Shown: positions 56,987 to 64,000 of the stretch, in pieces
Layout of the letters: the number at the start of each line of letters is the position of its first letter
Numbering within the stretch: the stretch's first letter is position 1
From: the human T2T-CHM13v2.0 reference genome, Homo sapiens
Direction: 5' to 3' (one strand)
DNA length: 64,000 nt
Assembly: GCF_009914755.1 (NCBI RefSeq)
Contig: NC_060929.1
Translations under genes and position numbers: made by a program
The notes under the pieces: generated by a model
The model's input: only the letters and a program-made list of their open reading frames with translations
The model's database searches: none
What the model was told of the DNA's origin: nothing

Positions 56987-57645
56987 TCATAACAACATCT
57001 TCCTTAACTTCATAGTACTTTGCTTTTTTTTCGTAGTTTTGCATCCATTTGTGATCATTTGGTTAATTCTTAATCCCCCTACTAGACAAAAAGTGTCCTG
57101 AAAGCATGGGCTATACTTGACTTTGCTCAAACATATATATTCAGTGACCAACAAATTTACTAATACACAGCGGATGATCAAAATTTGTTGAATGAAAGAA
57201 TTAATAAATAATTGTATGCTTATTTCTGTAGAATAAATTCTAAAAGTAGAATTACCATTTTACAAACTATTGACATTTTCAGGGCTTTTTAAAAAATTTA
57301 CTATCCTCCCTGTAAAGACTGACAGCTTCTTTTCTGTATCTCAATTATAATTCTGGAATTATCACTTACTGCTTAAAAGTAAAAGTCTATTAGGTAAAAA
57401 AGATTTATTTGTATATCTTTGACTATTTACAATCTTGAATATAGAATTACTCATTTCACAGCTATGGTTGTCTCTTGCAATTTATCTGTTTATACATGTT
57501 TCTCATTTTACTATTGGTGTATTTGCCTTTTCCTTAAAAAATAATTTGTGACTACTGATGGCCAAGAAATAAACATGAGCTATGATATGGGTAAAGGTCA
57601 AAGAGTTTCTATGATTTTCTTAATAATTCTTGGTCATAAATAATC

Positions 57646-58372
57646 TGTTTTGTTTAAATTCTTTATAGATGCTGAATATTAGATCCTTGTCAAATTCATA
57701 GTTTGCAAATATTTTCTCCCATTCTGTAGGTTGCCTGTTTATTCTGTTGATAGTTATATTGGCTATGCAGAAGCTCTTTAGTTTAATTGGATCCCATTTG
57801 TCAATTTTTTCTTCTGTTGCAATTGCTTTTGGTTTCTTTGTCATGACATCGTTGCCTGTTCCTATGTCCAGAATGATATTGCATAGATTGTTTTCTGGGT
57901 TTTTATAGTTTTAGATTTTACATTTAAGTCTTTAAGCCATCTTGAGTTAGTTTTTGTGTATGGTGCAAGGAAGAGCGTCCAGTTTCAATCTTCAGGATAT
58001 GGCTAGCCAGTTATCCCAGGACCATTAATTGAATAGGGGATCCTTTCCCCATTGGTTTTATTTTATTTTTGTCAAGTTTGTCAAAGATCAGATTTTTGTA
58101 TGTGTGCAGTCTTATTTCTGGGTTCTTTATTCAGTTTCATTGGTCTATGTCTCTGTTTTTGTACTAGTACCATGCTGTTTTGGTTACTATATCCTTGTAG
58201 TATCGTTTGAAGTCAGTTAGCAAGATACCTCTAGTTTTGTTCCTTTTGCTTAGGATTGCCTTGGCTATTTGGGTTCCTTTTTGGTTCCATATAAATTTTA
58301 AAATAGTGTTTAGTTCTCCTTGTAGATGTAATTCACCTCCCTGATTAGCTGTATTCCTAGGTTTTTTGGTGG

Positions 58373-58403
<31 letters not shown>

Positions 58404-59035
58404 GCAATTATGAATAGGATTTTGTTCCTGATTTGGCTCTCAGCTTGACTGTTGGTCTATAGGAATGTTAGTGAATTTTGCACATTGATTTTGTATCCTG
58501 AGACTTTATGCAGTTGTTTATCGGTTTAAGGAGCCCTTGGGCCTAGGCTATGAGGTTTTCTAGATACAGAATCAGGGCATCAGCAAACAGGGATACATTG
58601 AGTTCCTCTGTTCCTATTTGGATGTCCTTTATTTCTTTCTCTTGACTGATTGCACTGGCCAGGACTTCCAATACTATGTTGAATAGAAGTGGTGAGAGAG
58701 ACCATCCTTGTCTTGTGCTGGTTTTCAAGAGGAATGCTTCTAGCTTTTGCCTATTTGGTATGATGTTGGCTGTGCTGGTTTGTCATATACGGCTCTTAAT
58801 ATCTTGATGTATGTTCCTTCCAAATCTAGTTTATTGAGAGTTTTTTTTGTAACGTGAATGCATGTTGGATTTTATCGAAAGCCTTTTCTGCATCTATTGA
58901 GATAATCATGTGGTGTTTTGTCTTGTGTTCTGTTTATGTGATGAATCACATTTACTAATTTGCATATGTTGAACCAACTTTGCATCCCAGGGATAAATCC
59001 TACTTTATTGTGGTAGATAAGCTTTTTGATATGCT
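57646..59035 (-). mobile_element. Inverted 5' segment (ORF2 RT region) of a twin-primed L1PA13-16 class element
   Basis: Minus ORFs [14 protein letters not shown]...[13 protein letters not shown] (57620-57844), [20 protein letters not shown]...[13 protein letters not shown] (58543-58728) and [15 protein letters not shown] (58872-59120). (GT)n at 58377-58402. Confidence 0.93.
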
Positions 59036-59790
59036 TAAAGGGCAAAGTACATGAACAGACACTTTTCAAAAGAAGATATATATGCAGCCAAGAAGAATAT
59101 GAATAAAAGCTTAACATCACTGATTATTAGAGAAATGCAAATCAAAATCACAAAAAGATATCATCTCACACCAGTCAGAATGGCTATTATTAAAAAGACA
59201 AAAAATGACAGATGCTGGTGAGGTTGTGTAGAAAAAGGAACACTTAAACACTGTTGGTAGAATGTAAATTAGTTCGACTATTGTGTAAGACAGTGTGGCA
59301 ATTTCTTAAAGATCTAAAAACAGAAATACTATTCCACCCAGCAATCCCATTACTGGGTATATACCCCCAAAACAGAAATCATACTATTATAAACACACAT
59401 GCATATGTATGTTCACTGAAGCACTATTCACAATAGCAAAGACATGGAATCAACCTCAATGGTCATCAATGACAGATTTCATAAAGAAAATGTGGTATGT
59501 AAATGGAGCTGGAGGTCATTATCCTTAGCAAACTAACACAGGAACAGAAAACCAAATATCATATGTTTTCACTTATAAGTGGGAACTAAATGATGAGAAC
59601 ACATGTACACATAGAAGGGAACAACAGACACTGGAGTCTACATGAGGGTGGAGGGTGGGATCAGGGAGAGGATCAGGACAAATAATTCATGTGTACTAGG
59701 CTTAATAGTGGGGTGATAAAATAATCTGTACAACAAACCTGCACATGTACTTCTCAACTTAAAATAAAAGTTAAATTCTAAAAAAGAAAA
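59036..59790 (+). mobile_element. Sense 3' segment of the same L1 with 3'UTR and A-rich tail
   Basis: GGGCAAAGTACATGAACAGACAC...AATCTGTACAACAAACCTGCACATGTAC...AACTTAAAATAAAAGTT. Confidence 0.93.
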
Positions 59791-61132
59791 AGAATAATAA
59801 GATAATGTACCTGTGTTATTGCCTTGCATTCATCCATATGTCTCATTGAAGTGCATGTACTTATTAATCATTTGTTATGAATAAAGGAAAATGGGAATAA
59901 AAATGGAAAGATATAGTAAATTGCTAGATTGCAGTGCTAAAGTAGATTTCTAGGAGAGATTCAACTTGTCTTTCCCATACCTATTGGTTCTACTGCATTA
60001 AAAAAGGAAAGAAAGAAATCTATCCCTTGGGAAAGAGATTCTGCAGCCTCAGTAACTTATTTCAGTTTATAACCACTTCTTGTAAACTTGTCAAGTTCTA
60101 GTTTTAAATCCTAGCTCACCTCACAAATGAAAATCGGTTAAAAGTATTTGGATAGCTTGTCCTACTTTTCATCAGTACATAAGGTGAAAACAATTTATAT
60201 TTTGGTATGTATTTTCTTTATGAGGTATAGACAGGTGAATACCAATTGGTATAAAGACATGTGCTATTTTTTCACATCAGTCTGACCCTGAATTAAAAGA
60301 AAACAGAGCTCTGTTCTAAAAGGAGATCTAGGTTCTTAACATGACTCTGGCACTAACTCATTTATGGAGTTCCTTTCAGTTTATGGAATCTTGCAGTTGA
60401 TTTGTTTACTACAATGAGTCTCAGCGTTTTTAGCTCCAAAGCAGTGACATGAGAGTATTCTTTCAATGGCTAGCTCAATAGATTCACCTAGTTATTTGTT
60501 GAAAATATTAATTTCGGAGGCACATCCCAGGTATTTTGAATCAGAATCTCCAGGAGAAAGTTTCCCAAGTGTCTCTTATGCTCAGTCAAATTCAGAAATA
60601 ACTAGATTGGTTGACCTTGGTAGCTTTACCTAACTTGAATTCCAAAATACTAATTATTGGTAAATAGCAGATAAAATTCCCTGAAATGGTGAGAAGGGCT
60701 TGTATTTTTGCAATTTCTCAGTGGCTAGACTATCAAGGAAGACAAGAAAATAAAACAAAGTCATGTTGTATAGTTCTAACTTTTCCCCATACCTAACCAT
60801 TCACTCTCCATCTGAGAACGCTGCTTCCTCTGGCAGCATCCTACTTTCAAACTAGTGGACTTAAATTTCCTCCCAAAGGGATTTTTATTTAAGAATGATG
60901 ATTACTATGATATATCTTATTATTTTAAAACAAGCCTCAGTCCTTATTTTATAAATGTAAATAAAGCTTTTTTCTATTTTCTCTGAAAACAAGTTATTTA
61001 TGAAAAATGAATTATTCTTCACATGACCTAAGTAAAACATGTCTGTTTTTCTGTAAATTTACTTATTTACTACAACTTTTTTCCATATTTTCACTGTTTA
61101 CTCTTTATTTAAAGCAGTAAATGTCCTCTTCT

Positions 61133-61220
61133 AAAAAAAAAAAAAAAGAAAGAAGGGGGAAAGAAGGAAGGAAGGAAAGAAGGGAGGGAGGGAGGGAAAG
61201 GCAAAGAAGGAGGGAAGAAA
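61133..61220. repeat. Polypurine simple repeat A/(GAAA)/(GGAA)/(GGGA)
   Basis: Almost pure purine tract of about 88 bp. Confidence 0.9.
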
Positions 61221-61449
61221 TTCAGTAAAGAAGTTGGGGAATGGGCTATATTTGTAATACAAACTAAAGAGTTAGTTAAATATTATAAGATTGTGATGTA
61301 TAAATTAAGAATAAAGTTAATTTGATCATCTGGGTCATGATAGTTCAAAGGAAAACAGACATGTTTGTTCTTTGAGCCTCTGTAAAGAAAACAAAAGGCT
61401 GATTGAGGAACTGTTCCTGGACCAAAAGATAATCTTCATTATTACTTAT

Positions 61450-61675
61450 AACAATAATAATTGTAATGATAGAGCACTGCATATCTACAGTGCTTTCAAG
61501 TGCTACACAGTTTTTACAAGCATAATTTGAAAATCACATCTACCATGCTTTTTGTCTGGATATCGTTTGACTTGTTTTAAAATGAAGTAGTTGAATCAAA
61601 CGTTACAGAGAATTATTCATGCATCAGAACTCAGGTCTAATTTTCCTGGCTCCAAGTGCAATGTTCTTTTCTTTC
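61450..61675 (-). mobile_element. MIR remnant
   Basis: GTTTTAAAATGAAGTAGTTGAATC...AGAACTCAGGTCT...CCTGGCTCCAAGTGCAATGTTCTTT. Confidence 0.5.
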
Positions 61676-61955
61676 TAACATAAATTCCCAAACCCTTTGT
61701 CTTTGGCCAGATTTTATTAACACAGCAACACCCACATCCACACAGGCCTAGTCCTGAAGGAACGTAGCGACTCCTGTATGATTCCAACGTTCACTCACTC
61801 CTGCATGACTCTTATCTCCAACTTCCCAGCAGATGAGGAGGAAGGGGCAAAGTGCTGACTCATCATGATGGTAACAGCTCACGCTCATTAAATGCCAAAC
61901 CTGGTGGTAACTTTACACGTATTTTCTCACATGAGCACTATAACATAGACATTAG

Positions 61956-62655
<700 letters not shown>

Positions 62656-63144
62656 AGTCGCCTATATTTTATAGCTACGTAAACTTCTCAGGTAGGTTTT
62701 CTGAGGTCAAAGAGCTGATTCCATTTACTGCTTCTCCTCTTGTGGATGGGTTATCACATGGCTCACAATTTGAACTCTTAATGACTTTCTTCATGAAACT
62801 GTTACTTCCATCCATGTTTTCTCCTATTATTTCCTTAATGACTCAGGTATGTTATGGGTTAAATAAGTTATTGTTAGAGGTTCTGGGGAGCCATCAATCA
62901 TTTCTAAAATTGTTTCCATGGAAGGAAAACTCTTTTTAGTTTCTACTTATAAATGGAAGTGATCATTGTATACAATTAGCCCTGATGGCAACACATCACT
63001 ATAAAAAGCTAGGATTGGGAAAGAAGTGGAGATCAAATCAGTCTTTGATACCTGTGTACTTTTGCTACAAACTGCATTTACAAATACTAGAATGAAAGGA
63101 AAGAGATAAAATGACAAAAATAGGAGTAGCCAGTAGGCCAAGAG

Positions 63145-63146
<2 letters not shown>

Positions 63147-63198
<52 letters not shown>
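63147..63198. repeat. (AT)26 pure microsatellite
   Basis: Uninterrupted 52-bp AT run. Confidence 0.97.
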
Positions 63199-63201
<3 letters not shown>

Positions 63202-63289
63202 TACACACACAGACACACACATCATTATAAACATATAGTGAAATACATACATTTATTTGTTTCTATTACAAATAAATTTAACCCCTTAA

Positions 63290-63896
63290 TGATCTGTTTT
63301 TTAATCTTTCTTTGTCTTGTCTTGCTATGTAGTGGTGAATAAAATAGTAAAAGACAAGCATTCAATTGATGTTTTAAAAATTTTATTTATATATGATATA
63401 CATAGTGATATACATTTTTATTATATATTGAGATATAAGTATGTTATATATTTCATATATAAATACAAAATATATTATATTATAATAATATTTCTGATAT
63501 ATAAAAACATACATCAGAAACACATTAAAAATATATATCAAAATATCTTTATAATATAATAAATTATAAAATAAATCATATAGTATTATGGTATTATAAT
63601 ATATTATAAAATAAGTCATATGATATATTATAATGATAAAAATATATATATCAGAAAATGATAAAATATATAAAATGATAAAACTATATATCAGAAATAT
63701 TTTATTTATATATTTTGTATTTATATATGAAATATAAAACATAATTATATATCATCAATATGTAATAAAAATATATATCATTACATATGTCATATATAAA
63801 TAAGATTTTTAAAATATCAATTGAATGCCACTCTTTTATTATTTAATTCACCACTATATAGTGAGATAAGACAAAGAAAGATTAAAAAACAGATCA
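63290..63896. repeat. Palindromic AT-rich repeat (long inverted repeat, ~210-bp arms, ~180-bp AT-rich centre)
   Basis: Left arm TGATCTGTTTTTTAATCTTTCTTTGTCTTGTC...ATTTCTGATATATA (63290-63503) is the diverged reverse complement of the right arm TATATATCAGAAAT...GATAAGACAAAGAAAGATTAAAAAACAGATCA (63685-63896). Confidence 0.93.
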
Positions 63897-63897
63897 C

Positions 63898-64000
63898 GGC
63901 CAGGCACGGTGGCTCATGTCTGTAATCCCAGCATTTTGGGAGGCCAAGGCAGGCGGATAGCCTGAGGTCAGGAGTTTGAGACCAGCCTGGCCAACATGGT
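63898..64000 (+). mobile_element. Alu (AluS) 5' end, running off the right edge
   Basis: GGCCAGGCACGGTGGCTCATGTCTGTAATCCCAGC...GACCAGCCTGGCCAACATGGT. Confidence 0.95.

Noticed and set aside
57620-59436. ORFs with reverse-transcriptase motifs
   Set aside because: Broken L1 ORF2 fragments. Catalytic FADD is mutated to FADA and frames are interrupted, so this is not a novel RT system.
63317-63742. 80-aa and 119-aa I/Y-rich ORFs
   Set aside because: Low-complexity translation of the AT-rich palindrome.

Overview
AT-rich, CpG-poor primate (very likely human) genomic DNA, intergenic or deep-intronic. I find no supportable protein-coding exon, RNA gene or CpG island. The ORFs supplied are by-products of transposon remnants, microsatellites or chance. 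The window is a mosaic of interspersed repeats: a HERV-K(HML-2) LTR5 at the left edge, about 14 Alu/FLAM copies, L1 of several ages (including a twin-primed 5'-inverted copy and an ultra-short insertion with a 21-bp TSD), ERV1/ERVL/MaLR LTRs, L2/MIR, and many DNA transposons (near-full-length Tigger1 and Hsmar2, MER6, MER1B, Tigger2a, a Blackjack-type hAT remnant). The most unusual structure not explained by a repeat family I recognise is a ~607-bp palindromic AT-rich repeat (PATRR-like) at 63290-63896, with ~210-bp inverted arms, inside a cluster of AT-dinucleotide tracts. A smaller fold-back-type compound microsatellite lies at 39000-39308. Family assignments come from recalled consensus sequences, not a database search. 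Subfamily calls and boundaries of old elements are approximate.
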